From an uncultured Nitrososphaerota archaeon (GTDB taxonomy: Archaea > Thermoproteota > EX4484-205 > JAAOZO01): DNA of 64,000 nucleotides. The notes under the pieces were generated by a model. It ran no database searches, had not been told where the DNA came from, and saw nothing but the letters and a program-made list of their open reading frames with translations. The DNA lies in contig CAYOYV010000004.1 in the NCBI GenBank assembly GCA_964408285.1, forward strand, positions 69,950 through 133,949. Direction: 5' to 3'. This document shows, in pieces, positions 31,210 through 40,351 of the stretch. The number at the start of each line of letters is the position of its first letter. The stretch's first letter is position 1. Made by a program: the position numbers and the translations under genes.

Positions 31210-32232
31210 CTATGTGCCTCGTAGTTTGCTGGGTATGGGCGATCCTATGTCCTTGTAGGCCATTTCTTCAAGTCTTGTTGCTCTCAAGCCCCATACGCCA
31301 GGGCACAAACACTCCTCTTTTCCCTGCATTGATCTGATGAAATTCACGTCCAAGTTGGGACTTGGCTGAGAGAGGTTTCCCCTATCGATTCTTGAGATGT
31401 CGCCTTCTTGGTTCTGGACATACAGATTACCTTCCAAAATGGACAGACCTCCCTTCGAGCACCAGACCCTAACTTCTTCATATATGGCTGTGGTCATCGT
31501 GGGTGCTGCGCCGGATATTGATATATTAGCTATCGCACCGTTGGAGAGCTCTATTGCAAGGCAGCTATATATATCGACTGCCTCTCCGCGCCTATCCATC
31601 AAGGCCTTCACTCTAACTGGCTCAGAGTTGGTTATCCACAGGATGGAGTCAATGAGATGAGTTCCGGATGCTTTGATCTGCCCGCCTCCGGACAGTTGGG
31701 GGTCAAGATACCATTTGCCAGCTGCAAAGAGATTTTGCACAAGCCATGCAACTATGAAATGGGGTTGCCCCAAAGAGCCCTGCAGCAGTAATTGCCGTGC
31801 GTGGAAATATTCCGGCTGGCAATGTCTCTGATAACCGACAGCCAGTATCCGATTTCTTGACTTGGCCTCCAAGACCATCTGCTCTGCTTCTACGGAGTTC
31901 ACTGCCATGGGTTTCTCTACTAGGACATGCAGGTTCTTTGACAGTGCTTTCATGACGTTGTCGAAGTGCAGTGCATTCGGCGTGCATATTATGATGGCAT
32001 CCATACCGACTTTCTCCAGCATGGAATCGTAATTGGTGAACACAGCATCAGAGCCATTGGGCTTTGGACAAAGACTCCGGAAACGGTTCGCGTAGTTCCT
32101 GAGGTTCTCGGCCCTCTCCGGTATCGTGTCACAGAAACCCACTACCTGTATCTCTCCTTCGGGTAGGGTGGAAAGCCTAGATACATGAGTGCCACTTGCT
32201 CCTCCACAACCCAAGATGGATACTTTGATCAT
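31210..32232 (-). CDS. Gfo/Idh/MocA family NAD(P)-dependent oxidoreductase
   Basis: N-terminal Rossmann region KVSILGCGGASGTHV and the ELLEKP-like consensus (VLVEKPMA). Confidence 0.75.
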   Translation of the reverse strand: MIKVSILGCGGASGTHVSRLSTLPEGEIQVVGFCDTIPERAENLRNYANRFRSLCPKPNGSDAVFTNYDSMLEKVGMDAIIICTPNALHFDNVMKALSKNLHVLVEKPMAVNSVEAEQMVLEAKSRNRILAVGYQRHCQPEYFHARQLLLQGSLGQPHFIVAWLVQNLFAAGKWYLDPQLSGGGQIKASGTHLIDSILWITNSEPVRVKALMDRRGEAVDIYSCLAIELSNGAIANISISGAAPTMTTAIYEEVRVWCSKGGLSILEGNLYVQNQEGDISRIDRGNLSQPSPNLDVNFIRSMQGKEECLCPGVWGLRATRLEEMAYKDIGSPIPSKLRGT

Positions 32233-32348
32233 ACGCTCGCAGCCGTTAAGACGGTCTTTGGAGTCTTTAAAGGATTCTCAATCTCCATCTCGGATCCCTA
32301 TGCGTTCTGCAATTCTGAGTTGAAAAGACGGGTGATGGGCATCTCATT

Positions 32349-32753
32349 TTGATTCTGCCAATCGGCGGTGTTCTCCTAAGCTTTCGAGGCAATTTGTCGG
32401 AGACGCGCTTGAAGGCGTGCACCAACGATTATAAGCGGCCTGACCCTTCAATGCCAACTATGAGTTACGGTGGGAGAAGGAGATTCAATAGGAGAGGCTA
32501 CCGAAGAAGGGAAGGCTTCGAAAGGGAGATGCACAAGGTCACTTGCTCCGACTGCGGCAAGGAGACCGAGGTCCCTTTTAGGCCAGACGGTTCGAAGCCT
32601 GTCTATTGCAGCGATTGTTTTGCGAAGAGAAGAGGAAGATTCAGTGGCAGAGAGAGACCAGCTAGACGGGAGGACACCGGCTCAAAAGTCATAGACTTGA
32701 TTGAAGAGATACGGGCCGATGTCAAGGCGATCAAGGAAAAGATAGGCGCTTGA
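32349..32753 (+). CDS. Arg-rich zinc-ribbon protein
   Basis: CSDCGKETEVPFRPDGSKPVYCSDCF (CxxC-x17-CxxC), an R/G-rich N-terminus and a charged C-terminus. Its stop overlaps the downstream ORF. Confidence 0.45.
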   Translation: MILPIGGVLLSFRGNLSETRLKACTNDYKRPDPSMPTMSYGGRRRFNRRGYRRREGFEREMHKVTCSDCGKETEVPFRPDGSKPVYCSDCFAKRRGRFSGRERPARREDTGSKVIDLIEEIRADVKAIKEKIGA

Positions 32754-32812
32754 TGCGACGCGCGCGACAACGATTCATTTTCTTCATTCGAGAGGCTGGA
32801 CTCAAGGCGCTT

Positions 32813-33598
32813 ATGTCGAAAAGCTTATGTCTGCCTCTAGCCGCCAAATTGCCGGTGATCGATACGAACCTAATTGTCGCAGAGGACTACAACGAGATGA
32901 GCAAGAAAGCAGCTTCAATCGTGGCAGGGGAAATGAGGAAAAAGAAGAATTTCGTGCTAGGCCTTGCCACAGGCAGCACGCCGCTTGGGCTCTACAAGGA
33001 GTTAATCAGGATGCATACTGAAGAAGGACTCGACTTCTCAAGTGTGAGGACGTTCAACCTCGACGAATATCTGGGTCTCCCACCAAATCATGAGCAAAGC
33101 TACAATTACTTCATGTTCAAGAATCTTTTCGACCATGTAAATGTGAATAAGAAGAACGTGCACATTCCAGATGGAAAGGCAAAGGATCCGGAAGCATTCT
33201 GCAGGGAATACGAGAAGATGATAAAGGAAGCGGGAGGAATAGACCTTCAGATATTAGGCATTGGGGCGAACGGCCACATAGCTTTCAATGAACCGGGATC
33301 TCCAGCTGATTCTAGGACAAGAATAGTGAGCCTCACGGTTCAGACTATAAAGGACAACGCGAGATTCTTCACCAACGAAGCGGAGGTTCCCCGTAAAGCC
33401 ATATCGATGGGCATAGCCACCATAATGGAAGCAAGGAAGATCATTCTGTTGGCAAGCGGCAAGAACAAGGCAGATGCAATAGCGGGGACGGTCGAAGGCA
33501 AGCCAACCGTTCACGTACCGGCTTCTCTTCTCCAGAAACACCCGGATGCAACAGTAGTGGTGGATAAGGAAGCAGCTTCAAAGCTCGCCAGAAAATAG
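32813..33598 (+). CDS. nagB: Glucosamine-6-phosphate deaminase
   Basis: LGLATGSTPLGLYKELI and the downstream NagB core. The start is placed at the in-frame ATG (MSKSL...) and the ORF track extends to 32750. Confidence 0.75.
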   Translation: MSKSLCLPLAAKLPVIDTNLIVAEDYNEMSKKAASIVAGEMRKKKNFVLGLATGSTPLGLYKELIRMHTEEGLDFSSVRTFNLDEYLGLPPNHEQSYNYFMFKNLFDHVNVNKKNVHIPDGKAKDPEAFCREYEKMIKEAGGIDLQILGIGANGHIAFNEPGSPADSRTRIVSLTVQTIKDNARFFTNEAEVPRKAISMGIATIMEARKIILLASGKNKADAIAGTVEGKPTVHVPASLLQKHPDATVVVDKEAASKLARK

Positions 33599-33686
33599 TC
33601 CACTCGATTCTATAGGGCGTCTGCTTCGACTATTCCAGTAGAGTTCTTCGCATCCAGTGTGATTCTGGGATGAAGGCCAACTAGTG

Positions 33687-33705
33687 AATTCAGGATCTGA
33701 ATTCG
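33687..33705. promoter_or_regulatory. 8-bp perfect inverted repeat GAATTCAG-N3-CTGAATTC between nagB and the GNAT gene
   Basis: Read directly from the sequence. It lies 72 nt upstream of the GNAT start. Confidence 0.3.
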
Positions 33706-33776
33706 AGCGAAAGAAAAGCAAGAAGTGAGAAAGATTCATCTCTCTCGATGAATCGCTTGAATCGAATTAACACAAA

Positions 33777-34277
33777 ATGATGGCCTGCATCATTCGGCCG
33801 TATTCTTCTAAGGACGCTGAAAATTATGCGGATACCCTTTTGCGGACCTGGCCGTGCGAAAGCATTCAGGAAGCCAGAAAAAACGTTGCCATGGCTGAGA
33901 GGAAGTGTACCAAAGCAAAGCATGGAGAGGAGCTCTGGGTAGCGGAGATCGAGGGACGGGCCGTGGGCTTCATATTGCTTCAATTCACCGGACTCTGGGG
34001 CAGCAAGGGAGAGGCCTTTGACCAAAAAGCAGTGGGCATCGACTGGTTCGACATAAACCCGGATTTCCAGCGTAAAGGTGTAGGAAAGCAATTGCTACTC
34101 AAAGCCGAGGAGAGAGGAAGATCGCTTGGACTTAGTATCCTGTTCATGCACACAAACGTACAGAATCTGGCCATGGTGAACTTTGCCTCAAGAAACGGAT
34201 TCAGATTCGAGAGGTACATCAAGGAATTCTGGGGGAAAGGAACGGGTGACGCATTTCTCCTGACCAAGAAGATCTGA
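33777..34277 (+). CDS. GNAT family N-acetyltransferase
   Basis: GNAT motif A QRKGVGKQLL. 166 aa. Confidence 0.7.
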   Translation: MMACIIRPYSSKDAENYADTLLRTWPCESIQEARKNVAMAERKCTKAKHGEELWVAEIEGRAVGFILLQFTGLWGSKGEAFDQKAVGIDWFDINPDFQRKGVGKQLLLKAEERGRSLGLSILFMHTNVQNLAMVNFASRNGFRFERYIKEFWGKGTGDAFLLTKKI

Positions 34278-34348
34278 ACTCATTCTATCAATCGTTCGAC
34301 AAACAGGCCGGCTTCTGGACTAACGCTTCCTTCTCAACCACCTGCGAC

Positions 34349-34792
34349 TCATGGTAGGACCACCATTCTTGAGTAGTCCACGCCACCAGAGGTACGCAGC
34401 GTTATTGTCACAGTCAAGCCTGAGGTCAGAAGCGCGTTTCCGTCAGTTGACCTTAGGGGAAATTGGACCCTCAGACTGATGCCCTGTCCCGTTGGTGCCG
34501 CGAGAGGCAGAGCCGGAGTTACAGTGGCCCCGCTCCATGCATAATAGGGCTTGCCATTGATCATCACCTGGGTCACCGTTGTATCCGAAGAGCCCTTGTT
34601 CGTGAAATTCGCGATGACGGTGAAGGTGGTGCCTGCGATGGAAGGAACTGCCTGGGTCAATTCAAGCCTTTCGGACCTAGTATAAGTGGCCACCAGGCCG
34701 CCCATCCAGATCGCAACCGCGATGGCAAGTGGTATTCCAACTGCAACAATGACTACAGTTGTAACTACCGGGCTCAATCCTTTGTTGTCCAT
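34349..34792 (-). CDS. Archaeal type IV pilin-like protein (class III signal peptide)
   Basis: N-terminus MDNKGLSPVVTTVVIVAVGIPLAIAVAIW is a typical archaeal prepilin/archaellin-like signal (G/SP cleavage context followed by a hydrophobic helix). Confidence 0.55.
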   Translation of the reverse strand: MDNKGLSPVVTTVVIVAVGIPLAIAVAIWMGGLVATYTRSERLELTQAVPSIAGTTFTVIANFTNKGSSDTTVTQVMINGKPYYAWSGATVTPALPLAAPTGQGISLRVQFPLRSTDGNALLTSGLTVTITLRTSGGVDYSRMVVLP

Positions 34793-34822
34793 CGCTTCTG
34801 CAGAGCTGTCTGCTCTTTTTTG

Positions 34823-34830
34823 TTATATAA
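34823..34830 (-). promoter_or_regulatory. Candidate archaeal TATA box for the pilin-like gene
   Basis: TTATATAA lies 31 nt upstream of the start codon on the transcribed strand, in the spacing expected of a short-leader or leaderless archaeal promoter. Confidence 0.35.
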
Positions 34831-35038
34831 GCCGGCGTGTGAATTCGGCTAGACTAACAGCACGCGTTTCTATGCCTCCTCCCAGCAATATGTAGAGCGG
34901 CCGTGCAATCTGCCATTTTCCCGTAGCCAAAAAGCCCCTCATCTATAAATTCCGCCGCGTGCCGATTTGGTGATTTGCGCCCCCGACAAATTTTGATATG
35001 CCCAGCATACAAGTCCAACGGTGAGAGGAGCGATTGCA

Positions 35039-36343
35039 GTGACAAAGATCACCTATCTGGGAGCCGGCAGTGCCTTCGCACCTGTCCTGAGCAAGGACAT
35101 TTTCCAGATACCCGGCCTAGAGGAAGGCGAGTTATGTCTTGTGGATGTGGATCCTGAGCGACTTGGTCTGTCCTGTGAAACGACCAAGATCGTAAATGAG
35201 AAGTTGGGCAAAAAATGGGCCATCAGATCATCGACCGATCGCAGGGATCTATTACAGGATTCTGATTTTGTAATAAACACGATCGAGGTCAGCGGAATGC
35301 AGACAGTCAGGTACGACTACGAGATTCCCCTGAAATATGGCGTCGACCAATGCATAGGAGACACCATAGGTCCAGGCGGAATCATGAAGGCTTTGAGGAC
35401 AATTCCCCCTTGGCTCGGCATTCTAAGGGATGCAGAGGACCTGTGCCCATCTGCCTACGTCCTGAACTATACAAACCCAATGTCGATGATGATGCTCGCC
35501 ACGTTCAGGTCCTCCAAGATGAAGGCAATCGGTCTGTGCCATTCTGTTCAGGGTACATCCATGGCCTTGGCGGAATTCCTAGGAGTTCCTTACAACGAAC
35601 TGGAATGGCAATGTGCGGGAATAAACCACATGGCGTGGTTCACGAAACTCGCCCATCAAGGAAGGGACATGTATCCGACTCTAAAGAAGAGGGCAAGAGA
35701 TGACAAGGAACTATACGAAAGAGATCCGGTGAAATTCGAGATTCTTTTTCACCTAGGCTACTATGTCACTGAATCCAGCGGCCATATGTCTGAATATGTC
35801 CCGTACTTCAGAAAGAGATCTGACCTAATCGATAAGTATTGCAGGGAGGGGTATCGCGGTGGCAGGGGTTTCTATGCGAGGAATTGGCCCGATTGGAGAA
35901 AGAGTCTAGACGAAAGGAGAAAAAGGATCATCCGCGGAGACGAAGAACCAGATCTTAAAAGGAGCGTTGAGTATGCTTCTGAGATCATCGATGGGATTGT
36001 CTTCGACCGTCGAAAGGTGATCCACGGCAATGTCCAGAACACTGGGCTAATAACCAACCTGCCTCGGAACGAGGTCGTGGAGGTTGCATGCTTAATCGAC
36101 CGCAATGGCATCAGCCCAATTCATTTCGGAGAACTGCCGCCGCAACTTGCCGCGCTGAACAGGTCGAACATGGCGGTCTACGACATGATCGTAAGGGCAA
36201 TCATGAACAACAGCTATGAGATGGCAGAGCAGGCCTTGATGCTCGACCCCTTGACTTCTGCAGTCTGTTCGCTTGAAGAGATAAGGGCCATGTTCGCTGA
36301 GCTCTACAGGGCTGAGAAGGAGTACATCCCGGAACTGGAATAG
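35039..36343 (+). CDS. Glycoside hydrolase family 4 (NAD+/Mn2+-dependent alpha-glucosidase/galactosidase)
   Basis: N-terminal MTKITYLGAGSAFAP dinucleotide fold plus the GH4 core. The start is placed at the second GTG, preceded by GAGAGGAG, and the ORF track starts at 35021. Confidence 0.8.
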   Translation: MTKITYLGAGSAFAPVLSKDIFQIPGLEEGELCLVDVDPERLGLSCETTKIVNEKLGKKWAIRSSTDRRDLLQDSDFVINTIEVSGMQTVRYDYEIPLKYGVDQCIGDTIGPGGIMKALRTIPPWLGILRDAEDLCPSAYVLNYTNPMSMMMLATFRSSKMKAIGLCHSVQGTSMALAEFLGVPYNELEWQCAGINHMAWFTKLAHQGRDMYPTLKKRARDDKELYERDPVKFEILFHLGYYVTESSGHMSEYVPYFRKRSDLIDKYCREGYRGGRGFYARNWPDWRKSLDERRKRIIRGDEEPDLKRSVEYASEIIDGIVFDRRKVIHGNVQNTGLITNLPRNEVVEVACLIDRNGISPIHFGELPPQLAALNRSNMAVYDMIVRAIMNNSYEMAEQALMLDPLTSAVCSLEEIRAMFAELYRAEKEYIPELE

Positions 36344-36425
36344 GGTCATCAGCCTGATGGATTTCGGATCGGGTATGTAGATGGCTGGTCTAGCGCCGCG
36401 CCAAAAGATCTAGCTGGGATGTGAT

Positions 36426-36977
36426 CTATCCCACAGAGCGTACAATTGTCTTCATTTCCGCGAACATTTCCCTTCTCGCTCTGCAGATTGGACAGACATA
36501 CGGGGGTTCCTCCCGGAAGCATACGTAGCCACATTGCTTACAATACCAGATTCTCATATTTGTGGCCGATATTCCCATTTCGGCACTTGTGGAATTTGCT
36601 TCATGTGCTTTCTCAACTTGAGATCGATGTACTTCGCTGCTGAGTGAAATCATCTTCTCCTTGGGCCTACGTTCTGGAATCGGCCCTGTGGGTTTTCTAC
36701 CCTCGAACACATCCTTCCTTACGTAAAGTGCGCAATAGCAATGTCCATACTCTTCGGCATCGGGGTCCCGGTAATCACAAGGGCATATTATGTCCCTATC
36801 AAACTCGAATTTCCCGATGGCAAGCCTACACGGACATGACGGATAGCCGTAGCGCTCCTCATTCTGCTTAAGTCCCTCAAGGAGGTCATTGAGGAAGTCA
36901 GGGTCAGGGTTCAGATAGTAGCCATGGGCTTTCGCGTCAATCTCAGCCCTTTGCCGGACGTACTCTATGGTTGTCAT
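36426..36977 (-). CDS. Ferredoxin:thioredoxin-reductase catalytic-subunit-like protein fused to a rubredoxin domain (FDR-like)
   Basis: CPC-x16-CPC-x12-CYC cluster (CPCRLAIGKFEFDRDIICPCDYRDPDAEEYGHCYC) and a C-terminal CKQCGY...CPICRA rubredoxin knuckle pair. Confidence 0.7.
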   Translation of the reverse strand: MTTIEYVRQRAEIDAKAHGYYLNPDPDFLNDLLEGLKQNEERYGYPSCPCRLAIGKFEFDRDIICPCDYRDPDAEEYGHCYCALYVRKDVFEGRKPTGPIPERRPKEKMISLSSEVHRSQVEKAHEANSTSAEMGISATNMRIWYCKQCGYVCFREEPPYVCPICRARREMFAEMKTIVRSVG

Positions 36978-37276
36978 ATCTTAAGGGCCTCCCTTATGTC
37001 CTCCCTGCGAAAACCAGTAATAAGTACATTGTCATCTATGATGATAGTTGGATAGTTCAGACTTCCGCCTCTTTTCCTTATGTCCCGTGCTATTTCTTCG
37101 TGGTCTTTCTCGTCACAAAGGTCAACATCGACATATTCATACTCAACGCCTTCCGCCTTTAGGAATTTCTTAGTGAGCTTGCACCATGCACATGTGCTTA
37201 GCGCATATATGCGAACTTTGTGTTGATTGTTCTTGCCGGGGACTTTCACAATCTTCATTTGCCGCCCACGCCTCAA
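36974..37276 (-). CDS. Glutaredoxin/thioredoxin-like small protein
   Basis: Active-site CAWC in a YALSTCAWCKLTKKFL context. 100 aa. Overlaps the FTR-like gene by 4 nt. Confidence 0.7.
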   Translation of the reverse strand: MRRGRQMKIVKVPGKNNQHKVRIYALSTCAWCKLTKKFLKAEGVEYEYVDVDLCDEKDHEEIARDIRKRGGSLNYPTIIIDDNVLITGFRREDIREALKI

Positions 37277-37326
37277 GTTCCGGGGTATTAGGCCTTATGC
37301 TACGGGCGTTCTGGTTTTCCTGTGTC

Positions 37327-37926
37327 TCAGACCTCGCTGCATTCCTGCCTAGATTCAAGGAATTCCTTCGCCCTGCGATGAACCTCATCGTACAAACTGC
37401 TGCCATGAGAGTCTATTGCTACGACCATTGGGCCCATTTTCTCAATCGCCAGCAGCCAGATGGCCTCGGGAGTCCCAAGTTCAATCCATTTCACTCCCTC
37501 GACTCTCTTTATCGCTTTAGCCATCAGAGCGCCGGCTCCACCGGTGATTGCACAGTAGACCGCCCCGAATTCGCCCATGGCCCTTGAAGTAAGAGCACCC
37601 ATTCCGCCCTTTCCAATCACCATCCTGACTCCGAACCGGCTTATGATCTCTGGCTGAAACCGCTCCATCCTTGCGCTCGTAGTTGGTCCAGCAGCCAAGA
37701 TTTCCCATTGCTCCCCGACTCTCCTCACCAACAATCCACAATGGTATATGGCAGAACCCCACAGCTCAAATGGTGGCGGTTTCCCAGCGATGGCGAGCTC
37801 GTGTAATCTACTGTGTGCTCTGTCACGCGCAACAACTATCTTTCCGTCGAGATGAATGATGTCCCCGATCCTGAGATCCCTGACATCCCGTTCCGAGAGC
37901 GGGGTGGTCAAAACTTGGAATCTCAA
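37327..37926 (-). CDS. Fe-S hydro-lyase (class I fumarate hydratase/tartrate dehydratase) beta subunit
   Basis: RIGDIIHLDGKIVVARD...GKGGMG core of the FumA C-terminal/TtdB family. Confidence 0.75.
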   Translation of the reverse strand: MRFQVLTTPLSERDVRDLRIGDIIHLDGKIVVARDRAHSRLHELAIAGKPPPFELWGSAIYHCGLLVRRVGEQWEILAAGPTTSARMERFQPEIISRFGVRMVIGKGGMGALTSRAMGEFGAVYCAITGGAGALMAKAIKRVEGVKWIELGTPEAIWLLAIEKMGPMVVAIDSHGSSLYDEVHRRAKEFLESRQECSEV

Positions 37927-37938
37927 TTGGTGTTCACC

Positions 37939-38808
37939 TCACCCCTTCGTTTCTTGGCCGATCTCCGATATCTCGGATTCATCAATGAACATCGATGCCC
38001 TTCTCAGAGCCCAACAAGCCATTGATGCTGCGACTGGAAATGAAGCAGTGTGTCTATGTGCGTGTTCCACGTTCACCCATAGAGATGTCCATCTGCCTCC
38101 CAGCCCCATAGGCCCAATCCCGGTGGAGTTGATCGCCAGGAGCAAGCGTTTCTCAAGCGTCGCCGCTTCGGCATTAGTGTTTTTTGAACCCACCTCCCTG
38201 AGTAGGGCTTTCTTCGAAAGAAACAGCGCCGCATCTGAACTCCCTCCTATCCCCACTCCGATTATTGTGGGGGGACATGGCTTGCCACCAGCCTCGACGA
38301 TCCTGTTCAGGACGAATCTCTCCACTCCTTCAATCCCATCGGTCGGATTCAACATTGCCGTAGAGGTCATGTTATCGGAACCAGCGCCCTTAAGCAGCAC
38401 CGTTAGCTCGATCTGACCAAAGGCGGAGGCCGGCTCCCAAACTATGAAGGGTGAATATCTACCCAGATTATTGCCACTGTTCTCTCCAGTAAAGACATCG
38501 ACCATATTTGGCCTGAGAGGGATTTCATCTGTTGCTCTCGCAGTAGCACCTGTCAACACCTTCTCAATTATGTTCAACGGTCCTTCGCTCTTGACATAGA
38601 AGGTGATAGAGCCGGTATCCTGGCAAAGAGGCAGGCCCTCTGTCTTTGATATCTCCACGTTCCTCAGCATAGACTGAAGTATCAGTCGTCCGATCTCGCT
38701 TTCCTCCTTATCGTGGGCATTCTTCAGCGCGCTCTCGATATCTGTCGGGAGAAAAGTGGCAGCTCTCCTTATTAACTCGACAACTCTGTCCTCAAGTGAG
38801 TTGCTCAA
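37939..38808 (-). CDS. Fe-S hydro-lyase (class I fumarate hydratase) alpha subunit
   Basis: CQDTGSITFYV and the FumA N-terminal-domain pattern. Adjacent to the beta subunit. Confidence 0.75.
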   Translation of the reverse strand: MSNSLEDRVVELIRRAATFLPTDIESALKNAHDKEESEIGRLILQSMLRNVEISKTEGLPLCQDTGSITFYVKSEGPLNIIEKVLTGATARATDEIPLRPNMVDVFTGENSGNNLGRYSPFIVWEPASAFGQIELTVLLKGAGSDNMTSTAMLNPTDGIEGVERFVLNRIVEAGGKPCPPTIIGVGIGGSSDAALFLSKKALLREVGSKNTNAEAATLEKRLLLAINSTGIGPMGLGGRWTSLWVNVEHAHRHTASFPVAASMACWALRRASMFIDESEISEIGQETKG

Positions 38809-39020
38809 GACTCCTCACTCCCACCTGGATCCTAAGTATCCAATCTTAAAGCTAATCCAATGCCAGATATATGTGGCACGTAGCTAGACCTGATATGCTA
38901 ATCTGCTTGCGTCTGTTGTTCGATTTCTACAAAAAGGTAAATCCTTGAGTCCTGAAGAAAGTCCTTCCTTGAGATAGGGATGGAATATAAATCAGGACTA
39001 GGGCAATGATGGAGTAGCCA

Positions 39021-40304
39021 TTGGTCAGTGATGAGGATATTGGGAGGAAGTCCATCGAAATACACTCTCGCTACAGAGGCAAGATTGACCTTTGCACAAA
39101 GGTGCCCATCTCCGGGCTATCGGACTTCAACTACCTCTATACACCTGGTGTAGCGGAGCCAAGTAGGAGGATAGCTGCCAATCTTGAACTAGCATATGAT
39201 TTCACAAACAAGGGCAATATGGTAGCGATACTTACGGATGGCTCAAGGGTTCTTGGTCTTGGCAACATAGGGCCTGAGGCGGCGCTTCCAGTCATGGAAG
39301 GCAAAGCTCTGCTATTCAAATATCTGGGAGGCGTGGATGCCCTTCCTTTATGCGTTAAGGCACAAACGAGTGCGGATCTTGTCGACATAGCGAAGAAGAT
39401 CGCTCCTTCATTCGGAGGCATCAATCTCGAGGACATAGAATCCCCGAAATGCTTTGTGGCATATGATTCGCTCTGCAACTCCCTGGGGGTACCTGTATTT
39501 CATGACGATCAACAGGGCACGGCTACTGTCGTCTTGGCTGGGCTTGTCAATTCCCTCAAGATTGTGGGAAAGAAACTCTCAGAGGCGCGAATAGCCATCA
39601 TAGGTGCAGGAGCGGCAGGAATAGCGACCGCGAACTTACTCCTAAAGGCTGGTGCGTTAGGATCGAACATAGTGCTCTGCGACAGCAGGGGGGTACTCTA
39701 CGACGGCAGAGGCGACATGGACGAGCACAAGAGCATGATCGCAAAAATCACGAACAAAGAACGATTGGAAGGCCCAGTCGAATCCGCACTTGAAGGCGCC
39801 GACGTCATGATAGGCCTGTCTAAGCCTGGGCCCTGGATCAAAAATCAATGGATTAAGGAGATGGCAAACGATCCAATTGTTTTTTCCCTGGCGAATCCAA
39901 CACCGGAGATCTGGCCCAAGGATGCGTTGGAAGGTGGAGCCAAAGTAGTGGCCACTGGCAGAAGTGACTTCCCGAATCAGATCAATAACTGTCTGGCCTT
40001 TCCATCGATATTCAGAGGCGCATTGGATATAAGGGCGACGCAAATAAACGACAAGATGCTGATAGAGGCAGCGGATACGCTTGCTCACTGTGCGGAACCG
40101 AATCTGAACCCAAACATGATCGTTCCAACAATGGAAGACACCTCTGTTTTCATCGAAACAGCGTTCGCCGTGGCGAAGGAGGCAATGCGGACTGGAGTTG
40201 CGAGATCTAGCTTGTCCGACAATGAGCTAAGGTTTGGCATCGAAAACAGGATCCTCCGAGTGAAACGACTAGTTAAGACGTTAATGGGAAGTGAATTGAT
40301 CTAG
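39021..40304 (+). CDS. Malic enzyme (NAD(P)-dependent malate dehydrogenase, decarboxylating), short form
   Basis: Malic-enzyme N-domain and the NAD site IIGAGAAGIATANLL. 427 aa, TTG start. Confidence 0.8.
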   Translation: MVSDEDIGRKSIEIHSRYRGKIDLCTKVPISGLSDFNYLYTPGVAEPSRRIAANLELAYDFTNKGNMVAILTDGSRVLGLGNIGPEAALPVMEGKALLFKYLGGVDALPLCVKAQTSADLVDIAKKIAPSFGGINLEDIESPKCFVAYDSLCNSLGVPVFHDDQQGTATVVLAGLVNSLKIVGKKLSEARIAIIGAGAAGIATANLLLKAGALGSNIVLCDSRGVLYDGRGDMDEHKSMIAKITNKERLEGPVESALEGADVMIGLSKPGPWIKNQWIKEMANDPIVFSLANPTPEIWPKDALEGGAKVVATGRSDFPNQINNCLAFPSIFRGALDIRATQINDKMLIEAADTLAHCAEPNLNPNMIVPTMEDTSVFIETAFAVAKEAMRTGVARSSLSDNELRFGIENRILRVKRLVKTLMGSELI

Positions 40305-40351
40305 GGAGACATATCATGGCGCAGACGGCGTCCTCTATGGAATTCCAATCG

